From Callorhinchus milii (Eukaryota), in the NCBI RefSeq assembly GCF_018977255.1, contig NW_024704743.1, positions 22,818,001-22,882,000 on the forward strand: a DNA stretch of 64,000 nucleotides, written 5' to 3'. The position numbers were made by a program, and so were the translations under genes. Below the pieces are notes generated by a model. The model had not been told where the DNA came from and did no database searches. It saw only the letters and a program-made list of their open reading frames with translations. Positions 37,465 to 49,623 of the stretch are shown here, one piece after another (position 1 is the stretch's first letter; the number at the start of each line of letters is the position of its first letter).

Positions 37465-37850
37465 CCACCAGCCTGGCTCATTGGTGGGACCTGGAAGGGC
37501 AGTTGAGTTACTGGGGGGCAGGGAATCACCCCACTTAGCTCCTGTTAACCCTGCAAGCCAAAGCGCTAATGGGTAGGATGGTCCAAGCAGCGGGAAAGCT
37601 TGCCAGATAGCAATATCAATAGCAAGCTATGCAGATTTAGCTGGTTAGATTCCAGCAGTACCGTAATGCACACTCTGGGGTATCCAAGTCTTGGCTCTTG
37701 CCAACCTGCACCTATTATATTCTGGAATTAGGTAAGCAGGATGTGTCCCTCAAGGAAGAGAGCGCGCATTCCTTTCCAACGATCTCAGTTTGGTTTGGAT
37801 ACTATTTAGCAAGGTGATGGGTTTCCGCATGTGTCAGACATCCAGCTGCC
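37465..37850 (+). mobile_element. Family X copy
   Basis: Aligns with 25480-25915 and ends gtgtcagacatccagctgcc. Confidence 0.8.
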
Positions 37851-38051
37851 ATCTGCTCCCCCACACCCGCCACCCCGAAACCCCAGCTTTGGCAACAGCA
37901 ATAGGGGGCAAAACCCTAAGCCAGCCATTGTGCTAACGTTGATAATTATTGACCAGTTTAACCAGTAATTAGTTTAAAAACATAGCTTTGACTCATAGAT
38001 TAAAAACTTCGAGAGGTTTTTCATAGCAGCTACTCGGGGATTCTAGCATAA

Positions 38052-38153
38052 AACTGATCACTAAAAACGGCATTTTTTTTGCTACCTCTTTCTAATAGGA
38101 AATCCCATTATTAAAAATGTAGCGGAAAAAAAGCGCTATTTAGTGATCAAGTT
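38052..38153. repeat. ~100-bp imperfect palindrome, probably a foldback/MITE core
   Basis: aactgatcactaaa..c.gc.ttttttt.gctac pairs with gtagcggaaaaaaagcgctatttagtgatcaagtt. Confidence 0.7.
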
Positions 38154-38199
38154 AGTTTGGATTGGATCAGATGCTTGAATGTGAATGGTTAATGATTCT

Positions 38200-38600
38200 C
38201 CAAATCCCCTTCCTTTTTAACCTTTGCTAATGGACGCTGCTCACATGTTTCAGATTTCCTGTACCAATTTCGTATTACCTTAAATTTATCCACATTAAAA
38301 TCCATCTGCCATTCCCCAGCCAACCCACTTAATTTGCCCAAAGCCTTTTCAAGGCTATCAATCTCTATTATAGCACTGGCCCGGCCGCAGAGGTTGGTGT
38401 TGTCCACCGATTGTAAATTGTTATTGAAGTGTTCTCGGCTCCTCCACATTGCTTATGAATAGTTGAAGCAGCAGGGGACCCATAGCGGCTCACCATTGAC
38501 GTCCATTAGTCACTGCTCCAGACAGAACTCTTTCCATTTATCACCCTGTTCTGCTTCCTATTGCCAAGCTTGTTTTCCATCCAGCTGACTAATTCACCAT
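38200..38600 (-). mobile_element. Very old CR1-type RT fragment
   Basis: ORF 38189-38449 reads VDNTNLCGR...LEKALGKLSGLAGEWQMDFNVDKFKVI, resembling FADDTKL...LDKL..WA..WQM.FNV.KCKV. Confidence 0.8.
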
Positions 38601-39519
38601 TACAATGGAATGCCGTACTCAAAGAGCGAAAGAGTCAGAAACATAGTCGTCGTATATCATTCAGGTTTAGTGATTCATGAAATACAAGACAAATAGAGGT
38701 ATCTGCAATAAATACTTGGTATGTAGTAATGTTGCATATTTGCAGCTTTTGTGTTTGCCACATACCATCCTATCAATCTGCCTGATTGAAATAGATGCAG
38801 TGCTTCCATTTTAGGTAATATCAAGGTACCGCATAGTTCATGTTTTACTCTGCAAGAGCCCTGAACTGCTAGAAACAGACTGCACTGGAGAACTCATTGC
38901 TGGAGAGCTTCCAAATACCATAAGGAAGCAGTAATCCTGGTTTGTTTGCCATTACCCACGGAGAGGTCAGGAACATATGGAAAAGAAATATAAAAAAAAT
39001 TCCCCCACACACTTGAAAAATATGCACGCTAATGGCTGATATTGCCGTGTTGCTTAACTTCTATATGAAGCACAGCAGTGAATTCACATTGAATCCCCCT
39101 CCCCCCCATTGCCAAGAATCACCTATATACTCATGCTATATGCTGGTGAACTAGCCTGTACTCACTTTATTCCAATAGTCCATTTAGGAAAGACTATAAT
39201 AGCCATATAATACGTATTGTGGGAACAATTATCTGCTATAATAATCACGTTTATTCCAAACAGGGATTCTCCTGATTATATTTTCCATGGGTAAACTTCA
39301 AAGTACCAAAGCATTTGAGGGGAAGGAGGGGATCTCTGTTGTGCAATGTGCTCTTAAACTTAACGTAACTCTATCCCCTAACTAGTTCAGAAAGAGGATA
39401 GTCCTCTGCAGTTTATATAAATTGAGTTTGTATAAAGATAAGTAGGTTATTTTCAGGATGAGGCATTTCGGTCTTCTTGTAGATTCTATTAAAGGAACAG
39501 TTTAATAATTTTGTACTTC

Positions 39520-39645
39520 ATAAGAAGCCATTCGGCCCTTCGAGCTTGTTCCGCCATTCAATCATGGTTGATCTTCTAATCTAACTCCAGCTAATAGCCT
39601 TATCCCCATATCCCTTAATCCCTTTTGCAATAAGAAATCTATCTA
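39520..39645 (-). mobile_element. CR1 3' end of a distinct subfamily
   Basis: gccattcggcccttcgagcttgttccgccattcaatcatggttgatc. The same tail type occurs at 60433-60488 and ~52930-53040. Confidence 0.75.
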
Positions 39646-41904
39646 TATGCGAATGTTCGGCGACCAATTCCGCCCCACAGATCATAAATTGCCCACCAGT
39701 GATCCAGGTGTTTGCACACCCACCGTCAGAGGAATTGGTAGGGCTGTTCTTGGGTGAAAGGAGATACCTGAATAAAGATGCCCCAAACTAATACTCAGGA
39801 TGGGATTATTCACTGGTTGCTAAATTTTCTGTTGGTTCAAAGCACCCTATTTGTCCACCATCTGTCTAAATTCCATCATCTCCCCCATGTTCTCTACTTG
39901 GATAATTCAGCCCTTTACACGAACACTTTCTGTTTCAAGATTGGGAAATCAGGAAATGGTCATAAAACATTTCAGATTTCCAGGGTTACACTAACTGACT
40001 CTCAGCAAAATAACAGATAATGATTTTTTTTCATTGAAAATCATACATCTTTCATTGGAAATGCAACATTCATATGTAATGGAGTTTCATCCAAAACATA
40101 CCCGTGGAGAAAAGTCAAATCAAATGCATGGTATAACACCATTCAGGTTCTTTGTCAATATCATATCATATGTGTGGTCCAGAGTAAACAGTGGTGAATT
40201 CATAGCCATTATGGACTGCCTTTACATCCTCAGGATACATATTGTTTTTACGACTTAAATCGTTTTTTCCTGATTTAGAATTTAGCAGGAACACGATTCT
40301 GTTTTATTTTTGGCTTCTACAGCAAAACTTCCCGTTTCATTTTTTCCACTTCCTTTAACTTACATTTATGCTTCGCAGAAAGTCACTCCTTTCTCTTACA
40401 CTGATTCCCAGAATTGCGATTTGTTCACAACGAGAAATTGGCCTTTATTTTGCCACAATCCATTTATTTATTTTACTTTATGATCCGTGTTCACTGGTCT
40501 TGAAATTTAGATGAGGAACACTAGCTGGTAGCTTTTAAACATTGGAAGCCCATTGACAACTTCTTTCCCACTTTGTTTTTGCTGTTTGGTAATATGACAA
40601 CAAGGTGCAGCTTGAAGCCACTATTCTAATGAGAGATGCTTGAAATCTGTGGAGTGTACTTGGAGTTTGTGGAGTTAGAAAGTTTGTTTGCTGATTCCAT
40701 TAAGGACAACTGACATTAATTGAAGCCGTAATGAATATGCAGATCATATAAGTTATTCAACAGTGTCTTTTGGGGGGCTATCAAATTTTAACGGAAAGGT
40801 AAGCCAGCTTGCTAATAATACAATAAAATAATTCTACCTCTGAAGATATTGTAAATATGGAGTTAGCCTATTCACCAAAACCCATTTGGTTTTGTCAAGG
40901 CCCAGCCTCCAACAGAGTGCACAATAAGTTTGATAATGTGGTGTTGTTGAGTGGAGTGCCTTTCTCATAGGATAATGTCTCAGAGAACTACACAATGGCA
41001 GGATTGGATGCTGAGCAAGGGAGAAAGGGGGAAGAGAGGTGACCATAGACGAAGAGGTAGGTTTTCAGGTGGGATTTAAATACAGCTGGGGGAGGGGAGT
41101 GGGTTTGGAGCAGAAAGATAGAGGCAGGAACCACCAGAGGTTAGGGGCTAATTTAGGCATAGCGAACGCTGAACATTTTTGTTTTTCAATCATCATGTTT
41201 GCTAATGTATACGCATTGGCATAACAATACTTTCTTTTTCCATTTAGTCCTCTCCGAATTCAGTACTCTCCAAATAGTACACTGGGGACGAAATTGCAAA
41301 ATTTCCAAAAGAATTAATAAGGCTAAGTCTTGGAATCTGTTCGGCTCTTATCTCAGTTCTGACTTCTGTAAATTCTTCTATGAATTTAGATATTTCAATA
41401 CTTATTAAATAAGAATTAAGTGGTTGTGTGGGAGGCGGACTCCTTGATACCGTGTTCCCTGGTGAGATCTCTGAAGCTGAGTCACATGTTTCACTGCATG
41501 ATTTTTTTGTGTCATGGACATCAACATTGAGAATGGTGTCGTAGAGAGGAGATCCCCTTCCCACATATCTTGGAAATAAATAATTCCTAGCCCATACTTT
41601 AGCAATGTGTATATTGAATGTTAGACACAAATGAGAATCTGGGTGAAGTGATGTGATCCATTTTGTGGAATGCCAGTAAGGTTGAAAAGAGCAGGAAAGA
41701 AGAAAAGGCGGAAGGGGAAACGGTTAATTGACTTTAAGATTTGGTTTTAAAAACTTTTGATAGTAGGAGGCGAAGGTTAAGCAAGAGAGGAATTCCAGAG
41801 TCTTGACAGTGCAATACATTATGATTTCAACACAGTCAGATACAATGAGGAGAAAGAGCATATATGGATGGATAATTTATCCAAGGTGTTAGTCTGGTAA
41901 CATT

Positions 41905-42178
41905 CTTATCTCTTGGCAAAAGAACCAGAGGGGAGATGAGGATACCTTTTTTTACACAGCGAGTTGTTACAGTCTGGAATGCATTACCTGAAAGGGTGAT
42001 GGAAGCTGATTCAATAATAATTTTCAAAAGGGATTGGATATATACTTCAAAAGGAAAAAATTGCAAGGCTATGGGGTGAGAGCCGGGGAGTGGGACTAGA
42101 TGATAGTTCTTTCAAAGAGCTGGCACAGGCACTTTGAGCTGAATGGGCTTCTTCTCCGCTGTACGATTCTATGATTCT
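41905..42178 (+). mobile_element. CR1 3' end
   Basis: ggcaaaagaaccagaggggagatgagg...tggaatgcattacctgaaagggtg...gattctatgattcta. Confidence 0.92.
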
Positions 42179-43888
42179 AAATCAGGAAGTTATGAGTTCA
42201 ACCCCCATTTCGAGAGTTTGAACTCACAGTCAAGGCCCAGCCTCCAACAGAGTGCACAATAAGTTTGATAAAATAAAGACCAAGAAGATTGCGACAGAGA
42301 GAGAAAGGAAGGGAGGGAGAGGAGGATTGAAGTGAGAGAAGGATCAGGATGCAGATGATGAGCCTTTTCTTGCAATCTGTCCAGAAATACAAGAGAGATG
42401 CTGCAAGAGTCTCTCCAGATGTGGGAGAACTAAACTCTGTGGAATCATGTTATATATATTGTTCATAACATTTCCTGTTATTCAGTTCAAAATTACATTT
42501 CAGTATTCTTGAAGCAATGGAACCTAGTCCTTAATCCTTAAGTGTGTAAAATCTATACACATTGTGTACACATTCACACAGACAAATAATGTGCTCGCAT
42601 AACATCAAATCCTGTAATGAAGCAAGGTCAAGGTTTTAATCTAATCTAATCTGAGTGGTTCCAATGATTGTTCAGAATCATTGAAATTTCGCTCTTTCAG
42701 GCCAGAGCAAAACAATTCAGCATTGCTGTGCTAACAATATGGGTCTGGGAGGAAGTGGCCTTTGAATGAGTTAACAGGTGTGTCTCTCTGTAATGTTGAA
42801 TCTCTATTGTTGCGTGGGGTTGATTGAAGTGGGCCCTGTGGGTTTCGGTGCTGCCAGCCAGTTCTTGTTACTTGAGAGCAGCTCATTGTTAATATTAGTT
42901 TCACAAGGTTATAAATAAATAGCGCTTAGGTTCATTTCCTGACATTCTGTATGCCAACATTCTCAGGATTCTTCTGTGCCCTTCTCCCCAGGGAGGTCAG
43001 GATAAAACGGCTGTTTATGTTAGCATGAGACCTCTTGTGTTGAGCTAACAGTGTATCAGGTTTGTAAACTTAATCTGAGCAGTTCTTCAAAATTATCGTC
43101 ACTTTTACTGGCTGGGAGGTTAAAGCACTTTTTCTGAAAATGTTAAATCTCCCTCTTTGCAAATGGAATAATTTCTCCGATTAACTGACGTTCATGCTCT
43201 TAAAGCTATGATGTTGATCTGTCTGAAAACCTAGAACTCAGAAAACACTGCTGTACAATAACAAGACTGGATTGAATTTGAGGTGAAATTTGTTACATTT
43301 CAGAATCGATTTGATATGATACTGAATCTAGTATGAAGCAGTAGAATTTTCAGTCAATAAACAGCCAATAAATTCAATCAAGTCAATGATTGAATTTTCA
43401 GTCAATAATCTATTAACTGGTTTCAGGGACTTTTCCATTTTTCTAAACTAGTCGCTTCACTTCAAAAGGCAGGGCAGTCCTCTTTGGCTGAGGTGGGTAT
43501 ACAATCATGTGCAGTTATATGGTGCAATATCTCTGTCTACAGAACATATGTTCACTACAATCTACAGTAAATCCTGTGAAGTGCTTTCAAACATCCAATC
43601 ACCTGGGATCACCTAGTTCTTGTGAGTTAGCATATCGTACCAGGATTCATTGCTGGAATTTACATAGACATTAACGTGGAGAGGGCTTTTCCACTAGCGA
43701 GGGGTCAGTAATGTTACACATTCCTGAGGAGCTCTTCTTCAATCCCCTTACCTGGATCTTGCTGAATCAATATGTTTTACACAACCACCTAACTCAAATC
43801 ATTGACTCGTTTCCATTATGGTACTAAGCAACATACAGCAATTTGCTCTGTTTTCATTTGTTTTCCCCTTTCTTGGGGAAAACAAGGT

Positions 43889-43957
43889 CCCAGCGCCTTG
43901 GGACGTCCTCCCGACGTGAAAGGCGCTCTAAAAATAGAATCTTGTTGTTGTTGTTGT
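43889..43957 (+). mobile_element. Extremely 5'-truncated L2 (tail only)
   Basis: cccagcgccttgggacgtcctcccgacgtgaaaggcgctc...(ttg)n. Confidence 0.85.
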
Positions 43958-45479
43958 AGTTCTTGAGGTTATAATGTTCTGTGTAGTCATGGTGTCTCTC
44001 ATCTTGGTTGTTCTACGAGACCCTACCTGCGTTAAAGGCGGCATATAAATGTTGTTGTACTTTCAACAATCCTGCCCCCACTTTTTGGAACTCCATCCTG
44101 AGTCCTTCTGCCTTGCTTCCCTCACCCAAGGGCTTCTATTAAGAGTTTTTGAATAAAACCATGATTCTTTTCCACCACCTGGTATCTCTTGTTCTCTCTA
44201 TTACTTCACTTGCTGTTTAATGTCCTTGTCTCTCTTGCTTCCCTCTCAATCTCACTTTCATTGGTTTTCCAGGAAATAAGTGTGATCCCTCCCCTTTATC
44301 GTCTACACTTGTGTTTGCGATTGACATATTTGGTCGGTGACTCCAGTTTGGGCAGTCAAACTTCTGCCGAGACAAATGGCAAGCCAGCAGGTCTAGACAA
44401 ACAGCATGTGGCAGCTTCAGTAAATGCATCCAGATGTGGTACCTTCTTGTCCTTCTGGTAAACATCTGGCAAGCAGAAACCTTGCAGAAAATAACAGGAA
44501 GAGAAGTCTGCGCCAGCAGAATAAGCAACCCTGTCCACTCTCTCTTTGTCTTCCGTCCTACTTGAGTGCCCCTTGAGCAGAGGGCTTGAGTGGTCAATGA
44601 GGTAATGCTGTTAAATGGGAAGCACCATCTGAATAGCAGCACTGGTGGAACGGTGCAACAAAAAGAGTAATAGTCTTGAAGAGGCAGATTGAGAGAAAAT
44701 ACCACTGAGAGAAAAAGCTTAAAGAAAAGGACAAGGAGGGAAAGCTGTCAATATAAAAGCTTTGAGCTAATAACAATTCTTAGAAATATTTGCTTTCATG
44801 TGTTAGGCTACGTCAACCTGTTTTTAATTGAGACAAGGTATTTGTCATGCTGTTTTATCAGGTGCACTTGGAAGGGTTGCTATAGCTTATTTAAACCCAG
44901 GCCCATACTCTAAGTTTTTAAAGCTGCATATAATTTCTTATTGTAAGATAGTGCAATGTCCTCTAATGCAAGCAAAGGACGAGCATTTTAATCCAGTGAT
45001 GGCCAACTTGTGGGCGGCATTCTCTGTCACCATTACCCCATCCTCCAAAAGCAGCCAGTGGAGCATCATTGTGAATAAGAAGGTACAACAGAATGTTCAG
45101 AGTTGTAACAGAATTAGAGATTGCAAGAAACTCCCAAGGGTGGGAATTTGGGCTTTATCTGAAGTGCAGTTTATAGAAGCTGAATGATTCACTCATTTAC
45201 CTTGAACACTTTAAATTTCCTGAAGATAACTGCACTGTATCAGTGACAAACCTTGGTGTTAATTCTGCAGGGAGCGCTTTGGTCTGGTTCCCTTGCAATT
45301 CTTGGAAGCAGAGCTGCTGATTTAACATTAGCAACTAAAGTCTGCTCACTTTTGCTCATTTTCATGTAAATGGAACAAAGTAAAGTGCATGCATTGCTGT
45401 GCATGATGTTTGACAGACACGGTTAGCTTTGCGAGGATGGATTTTCCTCCCTCAAGCTGTATGATGATCTCCCTAGCTT

Positions 45480-45790
45480 CACCATCCTTAAAATCCAAAT
45501 TATCCCGAACTCTGCTGCCTGCATCCTCACTCATAAATGTCTATCACCCTAATCCTACCCTGAGCTTTCAGATTCTCTGACCCTAACTTCCTCCACCCCT
45601 CAGTCAATTCTCCCTCTCAAGTACCATCTGTCTTCAAGTACCACCTTAAAACCTACCTCTTCGACTACTCCTATGGTCATGTCCACCTTCCCCGCTTCTC
45701 ACCTATGCTCAGCGACTGACCCCCATAATTGTAAAGAACTCTTAAGATGTTATCCTACGTGAAGGGCATTACATAAATGTTTGTTGTTTG
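45480..45790 (+). mobile_element. Degenerate L2 3' fragment
   Basis: atccgaactctgctgcctgcatcctcact-like segment, cttaaaacctacctcttcgac, and tail tacgtgaagggcattacataaatg. Confidence 0.7.
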
Positions 45791-45819
45791 TTCTTGTCTG
45801 CTGAATGAATACAGGGTTT

Positions 45820-46228
45820 TAGCCTGGTTCATTTGGTAGCACACCCACCTCTGAGTCAGAATGTTGTGGTTCAAGCCACCAGGTCGGGACTTTACCCTAC
45901 CGGGGAATGCTGCATTGGAGGTGCTGTCCTTCATATGAGATATTATATTTCAAGAGGACATCAATAATCCCATATCACTGCTTGAAAAGAGTAGGGAGTT
46001 TTACCCTGTTTCCTGGCCAATAATTCCCCAGATAAGATGTTCATTCACTTCTTGGCTGTTTGTGGGACATTGCTGGGCACAAATTGGATGCTGTGTTTGC
46101 CTACAAATATAGTCACTATATTTCACAGTATTTTCCTGCGTAGAGTACACTTTAGAGTAAAATCGCTTTGAGACATCTCGACAATGTGAAAAGGTGCTAT
46201 ATCATATTTACAGATTCTTTTTATTATA
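45820..46228 (+). mobile_element. SacSINE1-like Deu-SINE
   Basis: agcctggttcatttggtagc...ctctgagtcaga...gtttgtgggacattgctgggcacaaattgg, followed by a tail. Confidence 0.85.
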
Positions 46229-46277
46229 AGGTTAACACAATGCATTAAAGTCTATTTGCATTGGGCAAAAAACTGCA

Positions 46278-46509
46278 GGTCTGAAATTCCATCTAGTCTT
46301 ATCCTGTTTGTGTCATTTTTGTCTTAAAACGTAAAATTGTGCAGAAGTGTCGAAAGTTGTTAAACTTGGTCTAAATTTGAAGACAGGTTTTCTGCAGTTG
46401 TTAAATGGAACCAGCTTCCAAATTAAGACTGGATTTAGGACTTATCTCCAATTTTTAAATTTTAAGACAATGTATTTTTACGGACTAAGACGAGGTGGGA
46501 TTTGAAGGC
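46278..46509. mobile_element. Foldback MITE, possibly PIF/Harbinger-like
   Basis: Outer inverted repeat ggtctgaaattccatctagtctta / taagacgaggtgggatttgaaggc. Inner inverted repeat ttgtcttaaaac.taaaattg / caatttttaaattttaagacaa. Confidence 0.7.
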
Positions 46510-47439
46510 TTCCATGCCGACACAGAGCAGACTTTGTATGGAAACAATAGTCAATCCAAAACACTATGTTAGAATGTTTTTGGTGACTGCACAACCAAAT
46601 CACTTTCAATTACAAGAGGCTGTGGGTGTTTTATTCTATACTTAAAAATCCGTTGTGCCTAATCCATTGAGGTATTTCATTTTGTATTCTCCTGCTAACA
46701 CCAGAAAGCAGCTGTCATCACAAGATTAGCACTGAAAGCAAGCGAAGGGAGCAGTGGAATGGCACTTAATAATGCTCCTGCTGCTTCCTGTGGAACGTTT
46801 TTCTATTGTGTCAAACTTCATGCCCAAGAGTCCCTGAACACACACACATCCGAATACCTCTTTTACAGCTTCAACTTGGCCTGCGGCCACCCTTTTGTGT
46901 AACATTGATAGAAGAGGGCACGTTGAAATTGGCAGGAAGTTAAGTCGTCAGAACAGGTTCAACACCAATCTCAATAAGTACCCTCTTCCTGTCTCAGCAC
47001 AATGCAGCAAATAAGAAAACAGGCAGCTTGTACTGTTTAATAGGAACATTATACTCCCCTGGAATTAGTTGAATCTGATTTTAATTGTGAGACGCTGGCT
47101 GTCGATGTTGATTAAGTTCTTGGCAAAGGATTTCCTTCTAAGGACATTGTACAATGACATTTTCTCCTCTGTGTCACTGTGGTGAAAATAATGGGCTATT
47201 CTTCATCTCTCTCCAAGGGAAAATAAAGGTTTGCCAAAAACACTTAAAAATGGGGCTGGACTGTTAAAGTGAGATCATCGCATTTTTATGATGAGTCATC
47301 TCTTGTCTCTTGTCCTTGTGAGAGCATTTGGTAGATTCAAAATACTTCCAACAATGGAGCTCCTTCAGTAATGTAGCCCCCACCGTCCCCCAGTACTATG
47401 CAGTCAATTCATTTTACACCCAATCATAAGGGCATCCAA

Positions 47440-47520
47440 TCATGCAATGCTGCAACTACGCATTGCAGCAACTATGCAATGCTGCAACATTGCAACCATG
47501 CAACACTGCACATGCAGCGT
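47440..47520. repeat. Degenerate ~8-bp-unit minisatellite (tgcaac.. / tgcaatgc)
   Basis: atgcaatgctgcaactacgcattgcagcaactatgcaatgctgcaacattgcaaccatgcaacactgcac. Confidence 0.8.
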
Positions 47521-47569
47521 TAACCTCCTCTTAGGCAATGCTAGTGTGTGGCATGGATTATACGTAAAA

Positions 47570-47715
47570 TGTTAGAAATTTATAACACAGAAGGCAGTTG
47601 GGTCCACCATGTTTGTGCTGGCTCTTGAAAGAGCAATCCATTCAGTCCCATTTAGATGCCTTTTCCCCATATCCCTGTAAATTACTCATAGACCCATAGA
47701 AATTTACAGCACCCA
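47570..47715 (-). mobile_element. CR1 tail fragments
   Basis: tagaaatttataacacagaagg...gtgctggctcttgaaagagcaatcc...ttttccccata, homologous to 8205-8310. Confidence 0.7.
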
Positions 47716-48232
47716 AGATTTCATCTCTCAGTTATTTACTTTTTATTAAACCAATATGTTCAGTCACGTATCCTATATAAATAACGATGTTATTTTAATA
47801 TTGGTAAAACATAGTTGGCTGGGAACTGATTGCACTTCAACCTCTATACGTAATAAAAAGCAATCCCTACAATGTAATTCAATCTGTAGATGATGCAAAG
47901 ATAAGAGAAAGAAACTGAACGAACACCTCTAAGATCCAGAGTACATTGTTAGAGTGGAGAGACAGACATAAGCACATAGAACACATTGGTATCTTTTCTT
48001 ACAATTCTTTTGGCAAAACAAAATAGCAGCCAAAGTGATAAAGCCGTTGGCTGTGGTCTACAGTCTCAAATTAATTTTCACAGCCAAAGTAACATATGTT
48101 ATGAGAAAAAAACTAGAGCTAAGTGAAGACTCATTAAACTTAGTTGTAAGCATTTTCTATTTCATCCAATACAGTGATGAAATAAATAGTGTTGAATGAT
48201 TCATATCAAAACATTGTTACCTCTTCAGAGAC

Positions 48233-48450
48233 ATGAAATTTCACCTAGTCTTAGCATATGGATCATTTTTTCTTAAAATTTAAGATCGTATTTAAGATTG
48301 TGGATTTTTTAAAAAATGTTGATCTCAATTACTTAGGAATTACAGAAAACTGACCTGCAATTTAAGACTGTACTTAATTTTTATTATCAATTCAGGGTGA
48401 TCTTAAATTTTAAGACACAACTGTGTTACAGGCTAAAACTTCAGGCCTTA
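48233..48450. mobile_element. Second copy of the foldback MITE
   Basis: Starts tgaaatttcacctagtcttag. Perfect 17-bp inverted repeat tcttaaaatttaagatc (48271-48287) / gatcttaaattttaaga (48399-48415). Ends ttcaggcctta. Confidence 0.7.
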
Positions 48451-49623
48451 GGAATGGCCAATGTTTGCATTGAAATGTTAGCATCATGCTTACATCTGTT
48501 GAACACGCTCAGTGATATCTTCTCCACTGTCCATCGAGGGAAACTTTCTCTAGAGAGAAGCTTGGACTCATTATGAAATGTAACAAAGTGCACTTCCCCA
48601 CAGAGCACTGTTGAGAAACTGCCTTTGCCCATTTCTCCATAGAGCAACTGAATGATGTTTCTTTAAAGCTACTTTATGTAGTCTTAATGTGCCAGTAATT
48701 TTGTATCCCCTCACCCAGTCCCTGAAAGTGCCTGACCTCAGGATGATATCAGGAGCTCACCATGTAGGGAATCCCGGGCACAGACCCCTTTAATTAAGAT
48801 GTTGCCTGGAGTTGTGGCCCTTGACCGAAAGTACCATTGCTGTAATGAACCCTATTGGCGATTCCTCATTGACCTAATACCCTCTTGTCCTGCTGGAGAT
48901 GTGAAGCACTATTAATTTTCACGGTTTCCAAATAGCATTGACTCTACTCAGAAAGAGACCTGCATTAGTGAATGGTCTTTTCACATCATGTGGGTTTTCA
49001 CAGCCATGTGTCAGCTTGGCTGGGTTTCGTCGATTTTCCACCGCCCTTTAACATCTTCCTGTTTGTTAACCTAAGCACTAAACAATAAAGGTATTTTCCA
49101 GAAAGACTTATAAACAGAAAATAATTTGACAGAAATATCTTTGCCATCGGCAGAACACAAATGCAAGTGATGTGAAAGATTTTCAGTGTTATCCAACTAG
49201 GCAGACATTGCCATTGACTGAATACCTATTGGATCACTGCTGGAAAAATAGCAGTGCTGGGATTGCCTATCACAAGAGATTAAAACACATGGTCACCTCA
49301 AAATGTTACAGTATTTTCAAATTTCCGTTCTGCCTTCGCTTATTATTTTTGCTGCTGGCTATTAACAGTTGTGGTTATTTTCAGTTTCTCTCTCGCATAT
49401 CGTTTGATTTTCATTGTAAGAATATTTAAAGAAATGAATTAACAAACACAGCTAAGAGTTTTCTCACAAGTTACATTTTCTTTCTGTTTTCAGTCTGATT
49501 CGTATGCCTTTTAGGTCCTCCTGCATAATGTATCATCATTAAACCAGAGTATTCAGCATCGAAAAGAGGCATCTCATCTTATAGAGGTGTATAGGATGCT
49601 AAATGTAAATGACACAGTAAATG

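Noticed and set aside
40095..41630. Minus-strand segments with Tyr motifs (PLYDTI, TTVYSG) as receptor-tail exons
   Set aside because: No Ig or TM exons were found, the splice pairing is unclear, and such motifs are common by chance.
44217..44705. 162-aa, 121-aa (52126) and 130-aa (56666) minus-strand ORFs
   Set aside because: No recognisable homology. The latter two overlap repeat fragments.
47440..47520. CRISPR-like or functional array
   Set aside because: It is a degenerate ~8-bp tandem repeat with no unique spacers or cas genes, in eukaryotic DNA.
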